In this document: positions 41,896 to 55,855 of the stretch, piece after piece
Layout: the number at the start of each line of letters is the position of its first letter
How positions within the stretch are numbered: position 1 is the first letter of the stretch
Assembly: GCA_001949185.1 (NCBI GenBank)
Contig: BDGG01000001.1
Location: 3,957,624-4,021,623, forward strand
From: Ramazzottius varieornatus
Taxonomy: Eukaryota; Animalia; Tardigrada
DNA: 64,000 nucleotides
Reading direction: 5' to 3'
The notes under the pieces: generated by a model
What the model saw: only the letters and a program-made list of their open reading frames with translations
What the model was told of the DNA's origin: nothing
Databases searched by the model: none
Position numbers and translations under genes: made by a program

Positions 41896-42303
41896 TGTAG
41901 TGACTTGGTTTGCAGCCACCGTCAAATCAGCAGTAGCCATTATGATTGGTCGATCGATTTTTGCGGCATATCTTACTGGAGATTGTAGACTGCGCTTCCA
42001 CTACCCGTTTATTTCCAGCGTATGGGTGTTGTCTCACAGCCCGGCTCGTCAGTCTTTCGACCATGGACCACAGTAAATAACGTCCGGGTCTGGCAGCCCA
42101 AATTAACGGAGTGGGCGTAACAGTAACTGACACCACGCTCTCTTACCGAATTGACCGTGTTGTCCTTATTTCCTTATACGCTAGAAATAAACGGACAGTG
42201 GAACTGCAGTCTAGAATCTGCAGTAAGATATGCCGGAAAAGCTAATTGACCAATCATAATTGCTACTGCTGATTTGACGGTGGCTGCAAACCAAGTCACT
42301 ACA
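41896..42303. mobile_element. MITE with ~105-bp terminal inverted repeats
   Basis: TGTAGTGACTTGGTTTGCAGCCACCGTCAAATCAGCAGTAGC... is inverted at 42197-42303. TSD ambiguous. Confidence 0.85.
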
Positions 42304-42464
42304 GAGCATGCCAGCCAGTGTTCAATTTTTCGGAGAAAAACTTCGATACTTCTCCGTGTATCGTGATGTCTCTGTAAACAGTCTGAGTTACTGTGAAATC
42401 TTTTGTCGAGCCACTCCGACGTCTTTTGTTGCGGAATACGCGTAGAGGATTGTAGTTATCTGGA

Positions 42465-44180
42465 ATGGAAGCCGAAACGGAGAGTAGCGCTGTAAGTACC
42501 CGGAATAACCTACTCGAGACTCCCAGCCCTCCGACTTCCGGTCGGATAGATTTTGCCGGGAGCTCACTTGATCTTACTTCCATCTGGTCCATTTCTTGAC
42601 ACAGGTCTTACCGCCGAAGGGAATTAAGCAGAATGGAAAAGGCGGCGGCGCTAGTGCCCGAAAGGAGAAACGAGCGCAATGGTGGGCAGGAAATATGGAG
42701 AAACGTCTTTCTGGCCAGGATGGATCACCTAAAGGTACTGGTCTGCCGTATGCTAACCATGCTTGCTTAGCTTTTCAAACAACGATAAGGGTTTGTGGAG
42801 TGAACGGCATGGACGAGAGCTCACTGATTTTGTCGTAGGAGCAACAAGAAATGAAAGTAACCCATCCTCAATGCTACCCAGGAAAAGAAAACTCGCTGAT
42901 CCAAGTAAGTTTGTTAACGTTGTTCTCACTTAGGCAGCTTCGGCAAGGTTGCGCACTACGTCATTCGTATTAAAATTTTGCATAGCTGCGCTTGTTAAAC
43001 GACGAATGTTGTTGAGTAATTACGAATCTCGTTGGACCTAATTTTTTACGTGAATTTCAGAGGACAACGATGATCCAACAGAAGGAGCTCCCGGAAAGGA
43101 CGTCAGCAATCCCGCTAGACAAGTGAAGGGAAATACACCCTTCACAATCTTCATCGGACAGATCCCTTTCGATGCAAAGGAGGAAGAAGTGCGAAAGTTA
43201 TTCGAAACTGCCGGTACTTGTCTCCAGTCCACATGAGCATAATTTTTTACAAAGTATTAACATTACGTTGTATTTTTATACCGTTGTTCGGCATTGCAGG
43301 TGCGATCAAGACATTTCGGTGGCGCATCAATCCCGAGACGAAAAAGTTCAAAGGCTTTGCCTTTGTGGACTACGAAAATAAGAATGGCTTCAAGGTCCGC
43401 TGGAGTTTATAGTTCGATCCGTGATTTTGATAATACACGTTTCAACTTTGCAGCGATCTTTCCAGCTTCATCATTCGATTATTTGCGGTAGACCTATCAA
43501 CGTTGAAGCCACCATAACAGGCGGACGGAAAAGCCGACATCGGGCTGTCCACATTAAGGACAGAACGGCAAAGCTCCAGCAGGAAGCCAAAGAAGCGATA
43601 GAGAGGAAAGCCAGGGACGCAGCGAAGAAGAAGGCCAACCGACCCCCACAACCCGCAACAGATGCGACGAGTGAGAGCAAACCGGAAGTACCGAAGTCGG
43701 AGCCCGGAACCGAAGTTCTTCCGTCCGTCGGCAGGAAGCGAGAGCGTACCGCGAAGTCTGCTCGAGCCAACAAAAGACTGAAAGCGGAAGCTGGGGTGAT
43801 TCCATCCGCTTCTGATGCGGTTGGGACTGTGAAAGCTGAACCTCCTAGTAAACACTCTTTTACAGGAGACCATAAGTCAGCAAACGATTCACCCAAACCG
43901 TTATCTCAAGTGGCGCATCTTTTCATTGCTATTGGCCGTGAGGGAAAACGATCTGGGTGGATTCGTTTGCCAATGTCTCTATACTGTAGTATCAGCTCAG
44001 AATGGCTGAGGGTGCCTTGTGTTTACAGCACCAAACGCGGTACCTGCTGAAAAGAAGTTTACATCTGGATTACCTACGGCAGCGTCGGGAGGCGCCAGGG
44101 CAGACAACTTTGTCAAACCACGGCAGGAACATTTAGCGGCCTTATCGAATGCTAAGAATCACATCAAGTTTGAGGACTAA
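42465..44180 (+). CDS. Single-RRM nucleolar RNA-binding protein (Nop6/RBM34-like)
   Basis: RNP2 IFIGQIP and RNP1 KGFAFVDY, then HHSIICGRPINVEATITGG typical of Nop6-like proteins. Ends NHIKFED*. Confidence 0.75.
43870..43975. repeat. Intronic palindromic element, copy 6 (internally deleted), RRM gene intron 43848-44028
   Basis: GCAAACGA..GTTATCTCAAGTGGCGCATCTTTTCATTGCTATTGGC. Right core lost but terminal TTCGTTTGCC retained. Confidence 0.7.
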
Positions 44181-44673
44181 TGAGAGACCGTTTTCCAGTT
44201 GTTAAAGTTTTAGTGAGCGACCACAAACAATTTCTTCTGCTGGACATGATACATATAAGTCACAGCGTTCTACAGTAGGTTCTCTTGCTGCATCTTCATG
44301 CTACGAAGTGAACATACCGGACTTTTCAATGCAAAATGGGAGGCGACCCGCCCTATTGCTACACCCACCGCAACTGGTGAACGCGACACCCACGCCCTCA
44401 GCCGCTCGCAAAAAATATTTCTCACAGGCTTTTTGACATTGGAGAAACTTCCCTTCGTGGAAGACCTGACAAGGGACTCCCTGTATTCTCCGTAGCTTCT
44501 GGACCAGTTCGGTTAGATTACCGCAAGATATTTTCTATCTATGGAACCGAGTAGCAAACAAAACGGCTCAGTACTTCGTGAAATCCGGCGCTGACAACTT
44601 CGCCATGCGATTTTACATTGACAAGTTCGCTATGTTCACCTCGTAATTTGCGGACAGCTAAAGCAGTTTTAAG

Positions 44674-44858
44674 TAGACTGGGTCGGACCAATTGGTCTAT
44701 TGGTTTGACATCTTTGGGTTGTTGGTCCTGACCTTCGGTCTACTTTCTGGTCCAATATGCTCAGTATTAAGACCGAAGACTGACCTTTGGTGTACCGAAA
44801 AATAGACCAAAGAGGTCAAACCAATTGACTCGACCAAAGCTTGGTCTATTCCACTCTA
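44674..44858. mobile_element. Second copy of the hAT-type MITE family at 20946
   Basis: Ends TAGACTGG...CCACTCTA, shared CGACCAAAGCTTGGTCTA, similar length. No TSD seen. Confidence 0.7.
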
Positions 44859-45757
44859 ATGCATATAGTTACGGTTGAAACGAAATGACTCGACAATACT
44901 AATGACGATGAGAACTGTTCTCAATAAAATTGGAACGCCTCAAATGCCCGTCTCAGAAAGACGCTGCAAGCTAGGTACACGCACGACGAGAAATTATGGG
45001 ACCAGGACTTTTCGCTACGGCGGCACGGAAGCACGTACGTAACCGATTCATAGTAATGCACTTTTGGACACTTTTCTATGTTTGAATTTCCATTTTGTCG
45101 TCTTTTCCGCCTGGTCCCATAGTTTTTACTGGCTCCATAATTTCTCGTCGTGCGTGTACTGTGAGCACGGACGCTATGCGTATCGAGTCTGCAGATCCAG
45201 CCAAATCCGCGTACGTGACCGATGCCGGCTTTGGCGAGGAAGAGTGATTCAGCACGAGCTCACTACCTGTTTTCTCCTGAAAAAAACAACCACCTCTGAA
45301 AGTACCGGTGTACCTTCAGGACGGTTATGATTATTACTTCCTGCTCCCGCGGCCAGAAAGTGGTAGGTGTCAAAAGGGCTTTGTGACTGGTTAAGAAGAG
45401 GTACGGTACTGTTCTCTACGACGTTTTGCGGTCCGATATTAGTTGCATCGTGGTCGTTAGTTTATCTTTAGACGTGACCGGGCTCGAAAAAGGCGTGTGG
45501 AGAAGCAAAAGCATGCTTGAAACTCGCGAAAGCATTACTATAAAGGGGAATAAAGAGGAAGAGGGAAGCTAGAATAAAAACCAAAACTTCTGAATTGAAT
45601 GCATGCCTTCGAATGTTGTCCATGAAGACACGAACATCGTAAAGGTGCCGTTCGAAAAACATGTCCTTCGACTTTTGGTAGACATATTTTAGACGTAAAA
45701 AAAGTTCTGGTACAAGCAAGAGTTCGCAAAAATACAATCTAGCCTATATAGAATCTG

Positions 45758-48700
45758 TTAATTACTCAGCAGGATATAACTGCTGATCAGCACGACACAG
45801 ATGAGTACGCACACACCGGCTGTGAAGATGGCCACTCGTTCATCACTGATGTCCACCCCTTTCACCAGCTGACGGAGAGTCCGCCGTGGAGGTCTCTTCT
45901 TCTCAACAGGTGCCTCTGTCGATTGGGCAACCTCTTTGAAAGACGGTATGGGAACTGCGTGAACGGTAACAGGACTCCACGAGCCAGGAATAGTTCGAGC
46001 ATCACTCAGTAAGCGGACGGGCTTGACGCGGAACTGGTACGACACACCAGGCTCGAACTTCCCATACTTGTAGGACAAGTCCGAGCCCTTGTAAACCTAA
46101 AACATCTCACATTGGGTTTGGATACAGTACGCCCGGATTGTTGCGATACTGAGCTATCCAGCTGGGAGGTCGGCCAACAAGACCAACCCATCCTCAATCA
46201 CCTGCATACACAAACTCCGTTTTGAGGTACGCTCGGATGTATGCAGGTGGCTGAGAAGTTTCCTAAGAACATGCATACACCGTATCCTACATTATCTGTA
46301 GACAAGGGTATGCAGGCACTTGCCAACCTTCCAAGTTAGGAATGGGGCTGACTTACATCGACAAAGACGCCGTTGGCCTTAGCGCACTGCAGAATGTACG
46401 AGATGTCCTCACCATCAGCCTGCGACGGTTTAGACCATTGTAAAATACAGGAGTCTTCAGCCGGAAGGACTTTCGGGCCTTTGACGGCTGGCGGTGGGGC
46501 TTTGGGAGTACGACATTCCACTACGGCGGAAGGGGGGCCATCTCCCGCTTCGTTGACAGCGTAGACGCGGAAGAAGTACGGTGTGTCTTCTTTCACCTTG
46601 TTGAGCTTGTGGTTCGTCAGGGTACCGCGGTACACATTTTGAAACCTGAACACAAGAACGAAAGCACATTTTGTTTTGTGATTGACAAGAGGAAGAAATT
46701 ATGGATTCAAGAATTGTTCGACGTACACGTCCTTCTTGTTGAAGGCCATTTCCAAGATATACTCCACTTCCACCGAGCTTTTCATCACACTGCTCCACTT
46801 CACCTTGATGTTATTGTGACTGACGGAGACCACTTCAAGTACGGGTGCGTCAGGTGCCACCGGCTTCGTTTTCACCTTCAGAGGCGCTGAGAACGGACCG
46901 TCACCGATCCCGTTAGTTGCCTGTATTCTTATCCTACAATAGAAGACGAAAGAAAATCGCTAAAGTAAAATGGGAGCTCGGATAATAAATCGATCAGATT
47001 GTTTTCCTAAGTGGCGCACGATCTCGGTGTTTTGTGCTGGAAGCGTTCGCCATGTGGATAAAAATCTGGTCGAATCTGTCTGCCTGGTCCCCGATATTTT
47101 GATGGGAAAGAGGACGCTGGTTACTTACCTGTATACAGAGTCCGGTTGGAGGCCGTCAAGTAGAAACTGCTCAACGGGTTCATCGACGACTCGTACATGG
47201 CCGTCGAAGTCGATCTTGTAGCCCGTTATCGAGCTTCCATTGTCTTCTGGTGCGATCCAGGAAAGCGTGATGGCTGTCGGCGATGCAAGGTGGGACACCG
47301 AACTGATCTGGATGGCTCCAGGGACCGCTGGAGGTGTCCAGCAGGAATGTGGAGAGGAAGACGGGCCGCTGCCAGCAAAGTTGGAAGCGGAGACCCGGAA
47401 AAAGTATTCGGTGTTTGGATTTAGGTTCTTGATTTCATGGCTCAGTTTCGATCCAGTATATATCTAGTAGAAGAAACCATTCTGGTCAGTTTGTTGTTAG
47501 TTCTATAAGACTGTATTGATTCTGATTCTGTAATTACACCACGCTCTAAAGTTCCAGCATGGACCATGGTTCTGAAGAAAATCATGACTGAAAAACCTCT
47601 TCCTTCGTCTTCAGGCGTTTTGCTACGAATCACCTCACACTGCAGTGTCCTGGGTCAGACTCACCGTTGTAAAGTCATCCGGCGATTCGCTACTGGCTTG
47701 CTCGAGCTTGTACTCGGTCACAGGAGCTCCATTGGACCATGGTTCTTTCCATGAGGCAAGAATCACGCTTGCACTTTTGGCCTGCAGTCGAAGTGTTTCC
47801 GGAGCATCAGGTGGTCCAGGTGCCGTTTCAACTTGGGTTACATCGGACCACGGACCAGGCTAAACACAGCAACCGACCTAATTGACAATCCCGGTCCGAA
47901 AGTGGTGTCGTGAAAGGTTGTGCTTACCCCAACCGAGTTGTAGGCTCGGACGAGGAAACAGTAGACCTTGCCGGCACTAAGGCCTTCCACATGGTTCTCT
48001 TTCAGCGGACCGTAGTAGACAACTACACCGTCGTTCTCGGACGAGTATCCTTCATAGTAGATGATCTTCTTCAGCTCGTACTTCGATATGGCTTCTCCAC
48101 CGTTGGACTCGGGTGCTTCTGCAACAAAACACAGTGGTAGGATATCATCGCATACCGGAAGTAAATGTTTCGCGTTTTCTCGAACTACGTCCCTATTCAA
48201 GAAAGATCATTCTCAAAAGTGACGCACGTTCTCAGTATTAATGGCTGGAAGCGTGCGCCACGTGGAAAAATCTTGTCGTGTTTGTTGTCGGAGCCCCCCA
48301 AACTAAAAGTATTCTTCAAAGCAAAAAGAAGTTTGATATAATGGAAAAATATTATGTACCCCATCGTAGAGCAACGCCGGTAGGTTTAGGCTTGCCCACC
48401 AGTGCTGGCGGAGTGGGTATTCCGGGTGCAACGGGAGGAGTGTGAATCATGCATACATCGGAAGGCGCGCCTTTGCCGGTTGAGTTGCAGGCGTGAACAC
48501 GCACAAAGTAGGTCTGCCCGGGCTGTACGCCGCTGACAAGGAGCTGGTTATCGGGAGAGGAATGATCTAGACGGAAGCCGTCAGTTCCGGTGCACTCCAC
48601 CACATACTCTATCACGGGCTCACCACCGCTATCCGTCGGGGCATCTATCATGCAAAGTCAAAGGGCTCTCATCATATAAGATTAAACATTTACTCTGCCA

Positions 48701-51700
48701 TCCGTGCAGCTTACCCCATTGAACACGGAAAGACGTAGGCTGAAGACGACCTTTGACGTAGGGCTTGGAAGGACAGCGAGGAAGCTGCGCGCCTGTTGTC
48801 ACATTAATGACATCGCTGTAGGCACCCACGCCTTCAGAGTTCTCAGCAGCCAGCCGCACCTTATATTCGGTCACACGTGTCAGGTCGGTACAGGTACAGC
48901 AGGCATCGTGCCCATGGTACTTGGTCAAGAAACCATGGCCCTGAAAATACCAAAATAATCAATGAAGACTTTCCCCAACAATGAGAATTGCAGCTTTATA
49001 AAAGAATCTATTAACAGTAATTTCACCATCAAAATTTCAAGAAGCCAAAAACTAAACTGAAAACAGCGAACAAACGTTTTGTGAAAGTTTCGATGATATG
49101 TTAAAGATTTTTTCTTCGATGTTCATTTTCGAAATTTGTGCAAGATTTGAAATGATGGTGGATTACGGTGGAAGGGTCTTCGAGTTGTAACGTGTAGGAG
49201 TCCTCGCCGGGCCTTTTCTCCCACTCGAAGACAACGTGGTGGGCTGCAGCTTCGACGACCCGCGGTGGATCCGGCTGTGACGGCGGTAAGCCAGCGGTGG
49301 CGTACGCAACTACAGGTGAAGGAGTGCTAAGACCAACTTCATTTTCGGCAAAGATGCGAAAACGATAGGTGCTATTGGGCTGTAGCTTTGTGATCTTCGT
49401 CTGCGTGTTGAGACCACGGTAGCATTCTGTCCATTGAGGCTGCTGTTGCACCGCTTCATCACCCTGGCCTTGATCGTGTTCCACGATGTAACGAAGCACT
49501 TTGGCGCCATTGTCGTTACGCGAAGCCTACACAATTCCACACAAAATACACAACACGCAAATGCATTTGATACCGCTAGTGACAATGTTAGTACGTTTAC
49601 ACCGAATATACTTTCGCAAATGTATCGAGAAAAAAAAGGCTAAATGTAATTTTGAATTCTTTTAATTCACAAAATATTGATAGTTTCTTCCAGGCCTGTT
49701 GTCGCTTTGATGTTAAGAAGAACACAGCCGTGAAAATAAATTCAGATAGATTTACGAGTAAATAGAAATTCTGGAATACCGCGTTTTCGTCTACCGCGCA
49801 TTGTCAACTGTAGTTCACAAAACCACTTTGTTGTGAAAAGGCGTAATCAAGCCGAACTTTCTCTGTATTGTGGTGAGGATCATTAATTTTGTGTCATATA
49901 CTCACTCGCCATTTGATAGATAGTGCATTCTTTGTGCGGCTCACGTAGATGGCCGGTTCCGGTGGATCTGGTTGCGCTTTGGCCGTGCGAAACGTCACAG
50001 CTACAAAAAGGTAGACAAACAGGTCAGTATCAACGGTGGAACGTTCAACTGGCCATTACTGTACAGTAGCACAGGAATTTGTCTACACTTACGTTCACTC
50101 TGTTTGCCCTTCAAGTCGCCGATGCCTACTTGAGCACTGCAAATACATAGAGACACACTTACATTAACAAAATTCATGATACGTTGCACTTTCGTGTATC
50201 GGCTGTCTTGACTTGGAAACCAGCGAGCTTTGCTAAGCATCGCTGGTGTGAAGAATGCGGATTCTATATGGCTGATCACATTATTGTTCGCAAGTGGAAA
50301 AACAAGTTTTGGTATACATACCTCACAAGATATTCCGTATGAGGCCGCAACTCGACAAGTTGCAACGTCAACTGCGGCGCTGTCCCAGCCGTGAAGATCC
50401 GCTGCTTCTCCGTCGGCTCACCACAGCACACGTAGTACTCCAGATCACCTTCCCGAAGATTGCCGAATTTCTCCAGCAAGGAAGTGTCCAGCTGGGTGAA
50501 GTCCAGAGGGGTGCAAGTGATGCTAACAGACCTAGCCTTCACATTTTCCACCTGAAAAACGACGTAAAACTTACCCAGCATTTTAAGAACATCTAATAAC
50601 ACAATTCGAAATATTGGCCAATAAAATACCAAAGAAATTCCTGACCTACCGTGACAGGACGAACGGTGCTGAAGAAGTTCCTCAAAACGTCTTCTTCGCT
50701 TTCATAACCTTCGGAGGAGACTTGCGGGCTGACGGAGGCAGAAGAGTGGCCGCGGTCCGCATCACCACTTCCGTTGGTCAGATGGTGCGAGTCCCCATTG
50801 CGGCGCGAATGGTTACTGTGTTGGAATTTGCGAATGTCGTGGCTTTCGAATGGGTCGTTGTTACTGTCAGCAGCATAATTACGATTGGAGTATGTAACGC
50901 TATGTGACGACCGGGAGGATTTGTTGTCATATTTCTTTTTCAGCTTCTGTCTGGCTTGATAGTTTCGATCATCCGGCGCAGACAGGTTCTGCTGGGAGAA
51001 GCCATGATACTCTGTGGGAAAAACATCAACTGGCGTTATGATAATAATAACCATAGAGTAGAGTCTGCGCGAGAGAGATAATTGAGGCTAGGGCCGATAA
51101 AAAGCACGTGCGACCTTGAGAGAAATTAGACTGTGGCGACATTCCATTCTGCGGCGGTAATCCGTTCACGTTATTCGTCGATGTTGTTTGAGGAGACACT
51201 TGAAGGCGTCTGGGAACATTCATACGGGCAGAGAAGTTACCTGCCGTTCCTTGGACAGGCATCTGCAGTGGAACCTGTGAGAAAAAAAAAGAAGATGCGA
51301 AGATAGAATCAAAACGGAAGCGCGATCAAAGAAAGAGAGTGGCTCGTGTTATTGATCGATCACACTCACATAATAACCATTTGGAATGTTGCTCTCTACT
51401 GCTGTTGCTGACTCGGAGAATGGCTGACTGGAGATGTAGACGGTACGAAGAACGCCACGCTCATCAATCAGCTGTTGAACGTACTGCCCCGGTGGAACGG
51501 TGACGGGAACGGCAGTAGGAGGATTGGAGCAGTTCGACATGATAGTCACACTGGCCGGACCTGCAAAGCAACAACAGCGTTTACACATATGTCATGATTC
51601 GAACAGGTTGTTATTCCCGCTACCTTACTAGGACATTCTCTGCCAGCAGCTCGAACACGCCGAGATATCTTCCAGTATTTGCAAAGTGAGAAGTATGGTA

Positions 51701-54006
51701 TACAACACAGGGAACGAGGGAGATTTGGTTTAAAGTTTTAGGAAACTGAAAACGATGGCTGCTGTCGCTGTATACGTGCACGATTTGAACTGGCTGGGCT
51801 CAAAGTGGCTTCTACGTCAGCAGCAGTTCCAAGTCTGCGAGTTTGAAAAACTGAGAGCTCTCGCTTCTGTCTTTGACGTCATGAAGTATGCAGTAGACAC
51901 ACCGCTCCGCCAACCGTTGATACGAAACAGCTCCGCAAAAGGCGGACTAGTACCAGTCTGCTAGTCTACCGTACATGCGTTCGCCGGAAGTCCTGGCCGG
52001 CTCATTTGCGGACCCTGCGAGAAAGGTCCCCGACTTTCTCTAAATTTAAGTGCTTGGAAAAACCTTGCCTCAAGGTATGTATGATCAAGATATTATGTTA
52101 GTGGAGACGCGCTGCAACCGGGAAACGATTTTACTTCGACTGGCCTTACTTGCCACGTTTTCGCGGGTTATTTTGTCCGTTTAGGTCCAGCTGCCTTTGC
52201 GAGAACCAGTCTGGAAAGGTGACAAAGGTCCAACACTGATTTGGACTTTCATGTCTTTCAACACAGTGTCTTCCACTGGGCCAACTCGTTCTCAGGTGTT
52301 TGGGAGACAGATTACACCGGAGTGTTGGTCGGACATTACTCAATCACTGTTTATATCGGTCGTCGAACCCAGAAAGACTTTTATCAATTTTTCGGCGCAG
52401 TGCAAATTTAAAGCCAAAATAATTGTCAGTAAACTGGAAATTAAATATGTCTTCCTGGAAGATTCATTTAGCCACTGAAGCTGTCAGTGGACATTTGTGT
52501 GTTTGGGTAATCCAAGTTCAAAGCTCAGACTCATCGACGTAGTGAAGAAGTCGAGTTGTTGACGTATTCCCGCTTTTTCGGCAGACTTTCTATACACTGT
52601 CTTCATTTCTTGGATGACAAACTTTCGGCGAAGTGCGGTTCCACTTTCCGGGTGGCTTTAATTTCGCTATCCCTTCACTTTTTCATATCCTCACTGCAGG
52701 TCACCTGAGAGCTCTCATGCATTCACCGATCTTCCATTAGCGATAGGTCATCGGTTTTGACCAGATCTTTCTTGGAAAAACTATCTTACGGAGCTATTTC
52801 TGCCGACCGCGCCACAGTTGATGCAGTTGGTCACTGGAAGATATTCGATTGTGTATTTTTGTCCGGGTAACCCTTGCGGATATCTGACTGCTATAGTTCC
52901 AAACGAATTGACTGCAAGCGTGATGGGTGAAACATGACATTTGCTTTTCTATTTTTTCCACGTCCGGGGAAAAAGATAATCCTGTGGTGTGCAGGACGAT
53001 TAAGCCGGTACGCGAAATTTCATTACGTCGCTGAGTAAGTGTTTTACGGCGCCGACCCAGACGTTACCATTGTATACTCAAGACTACAAAACAAGAAAAA
53101 CGTTCCTGTCTAAGTCAGACGCGGTACATCCGGCAAAACTCCCCAGTGGCTGCGTAGAGCACGAGAGAGCAAAGAGCTAATTCCATGCAAATGTCCGGTT
53201 TATTGGCCCAAAATATCCTCTGACGACAAATTATTTCCGTAGTGAGTTACACGGAACCCCAAACGTCAGCTGACGCTATGTATTTCAGCTAAATGTGTGC
53301 CGGTCCCTTCTCAAATATAGATTAACTATCAGATGTCAGACTGTAAAAGACTGAATGGTAGACACTTGGTCCAGCCCATACCTTGGATAATGTGCGTTTC
53401 CGGTCCATTATGCACCTGTACAGCGCTGGCTGCCGCTACATGTAGATCGATTAAATAGGGAAGAACACCGGAAGCCGTACTGGGGATGGAATGCCGTCGT
53501 TGCTGGAAGGACCCACCAGCAGTGTCGTGGGAAAGGAGGAGGAAGGGGTGACTGGCCACGTCATGCAGATTCTGAATGGGCGGCGTACTGTTGGTCGAGC
53601 GAAAGCCGGAAGAACCGGACGACCTAGCGTACTCATTGAAAGAGCTGGCATTAGAGCCCCGGAAGAAGGTAGTGCGCGGAGGAGGAAGAGTGCCATTTGA
53701 TGTTCCGTGGAGGGAACCTATCGTTGACGGTTGCTTACGACCTCGATGGGCTCCTCTCCCAATTCGTGCAGGTTTAGCAGTACTCCAATGGGACGTCTGC
53801 CTAGATGAGCTGAAACCAGGTGAAGGAAGGGTGAGCTGGTTCACATTTGCGCCTGCTGATGACAGAATTGGTGGATGAAGAGCCGTAAAAAAATCCACCG
53901 GGTAATACGAAGGGCCAACTTGGTGCTCTCCCAGCCCGTTGATGGGTGCTCCTTCCAACGGCTCGATAATACGCGGGATGGGTCCGTGCATGGTATTCGT
54001 TAACAT
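45758..54006 (-). CDS. FNDC3: Fibronectin type III domain-containing protein 3 (FNDC3A/B, miles-to-go-like)
   Basis: HIIQ|GPASVTIMS..VPVTVPPGQYVQQLIDERGVLR N-terminal signature, multiple FN3 exons (LQPNSTYRFRIFAENEVG; YFFRVYAVNEAGDG) and a C-terminal TM anchor. Confidence 0.9.
46970..47092. repeat. Intronic palindromic element, copy 7, FNDC3 intron
   Basis: TGGGAG..AAGTGGCGCAC-N25-GTTCGCCA..GTCCCC. Confidence 0.75.
48180..48300. repeat. Intronic palindromic element, copy 8, FNDC3 intron
   Basis: AAGTGACGCAC-N25-GTGCGCCAC..TCTTGTCGTGTTTGTTGTC..CCCCA. Confidence 0.75.
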
Positions 54007-55855
54007 ATTGTCACATAATGGCCAGGACCTGCAAATTATGACCGTTATCCCTCCCCATAACCGTAAATTGTTACCCTAATTTTACCGTCCATTTGTAAAT
54101 TACGGAGCCCTCTGTCGACGGTTGAAATATCCAGACAATTTCGCGTCGAGCCTTTGCGCGGAAGTCCGTTTGGTTGATCACGAATCATTCAAGCAGAAAA
54201 TCGCATACCATGCTCCCACCGCAGTATAATCAATCATTACAGAAATATCCTCCCTGGCATTTCAATACACGCCCTAAGAATATCGGACAAAATGATGTTG
54301 AATTTACTTACGGTTTGCTTCATCCACGTTTCGAAACAGGAACAGCTGTTGCGCCTAGTGCATCACACAGTTCAAGTGCCATCCTTGACGGCCAAATACA
54401 GCGGGTACGATCCAGGTCAATCGGAAATCACATAAGCACAAATCACACGACGATTCCCACTCGCCGACACCATATGGAGAGCTTAATTTGGGGATCCCAA
54501 TGAAAAAGAGGATACTTTCGGCGTCTTTCCTTGCTCAGCTCATTAGCCCGAGTTCCGTAAGCTACTTTCAGCTCATCGATTAATTCTCCCGTGTCTCGAG
54601 ATAAAGTATCCACCGGTAAGTGGCAACAGTCCCTTTCACGTTTCCCCAAGCCACGTTTTCCGCACAAGTGACAAGTTGTGTAATGCATATATTCAAATGT
54701 CGTCGGTACCAGGAAGAGGAAATTCTACACTGGTGGTGCGCGAGCGTGTAACTTTATGGCGCTAACTGAAGCCAGGTGGATATTCCATCTGGAGCTCCGA
54801 TGACGTTGGTTTTTGCCCTCTTCCCAGTCTTCCTGGACCGTTTAGGCCCTGATGGGATGTGCGCACTGCTGGAAGAAGCTCGAGGTGGATATACACCAAC
54901 GCACTCTGGAAGGCCTAGCCCGCAGACGTGACGTACTTAGTACCGCTGCTAGCAGTCTGTGCATGTTGGTCTTACGTGTTGGCCCAACACAACTAGAGTA
55001 TCAAAATAATCCACACAAGTGTGCTGTGTATGTATGTACCCGTGTGTTGCGTCAGCAGGGATCGCGGATTCATGAAAAGGAGGATCTGAATGGATCGAGA
55101 CGTTAGCGGCCATGAGGGAAAGCGATCATCAAGCATGTACGCTTCCACTTCCTCCTGATTCCCTTCGTTCAGCGTTCCAAGCCCTATAAGACTTTCGACT
55201 TGTTGTTTTATAGACTGTATACAGCTCAGAGCTCACGCCTGTTGCCATTGATTTCATCTTCGTCCAGTTCGCGCGCGCGCGATCCCGAGGACTTTATGTT
55301 GATGAGCAGCAGTTTAACAGGCTCCCTCAAGTTAACTATCAATTCAGGCTCTAACGCCATCCGGGCCTACAGTATAAAAGACGTGTTCAAGTTTAAAGCC
55401 TACCACTTGCATCTTGATTCCACGCAACAATGATCGAGAGTGCGTACTTCCTCCTTTCAGACGAAGGAAGACATCCGGTAGCAATCGCCTCGGGCCTGTA
55501 AACGAAGAACGTCGTTTGCCGCAGTTCTTTACTCGCGTAACACAGAGACTTAATGCTAAAAAAGACGTCATCTTCATAAGAGTTCGAACTGGAATAAAAT
55601 GTAAAAAAGGGAGTATCGTGATATCGTGTACATAAAACCGAAAAGTGTTAGGAGGAACAAAGTTAGTATATCGAAAGTTCGAAATTCCTTTCAAGAACTG
55701 TCAACACATGTTTGGTCATCGTTGTGCAAAAACAAATGAGTGTAATATTAGAAAAGAAAGATCCTTGGTTAGGTTAAAAGAAAAACGGAGTTCTGGAAAA
55801 AAGAGTGAAATCACAACTATTTTACAACTAGGAAAGTACTTTGTCAGAACAGACT

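Noticed and set aside
42945-42995. GCGCAC...CTGCGC in an RRM gene intron as another N25 copy
   Set aside because: The spacer is 29 nt and the arms do not match the family.
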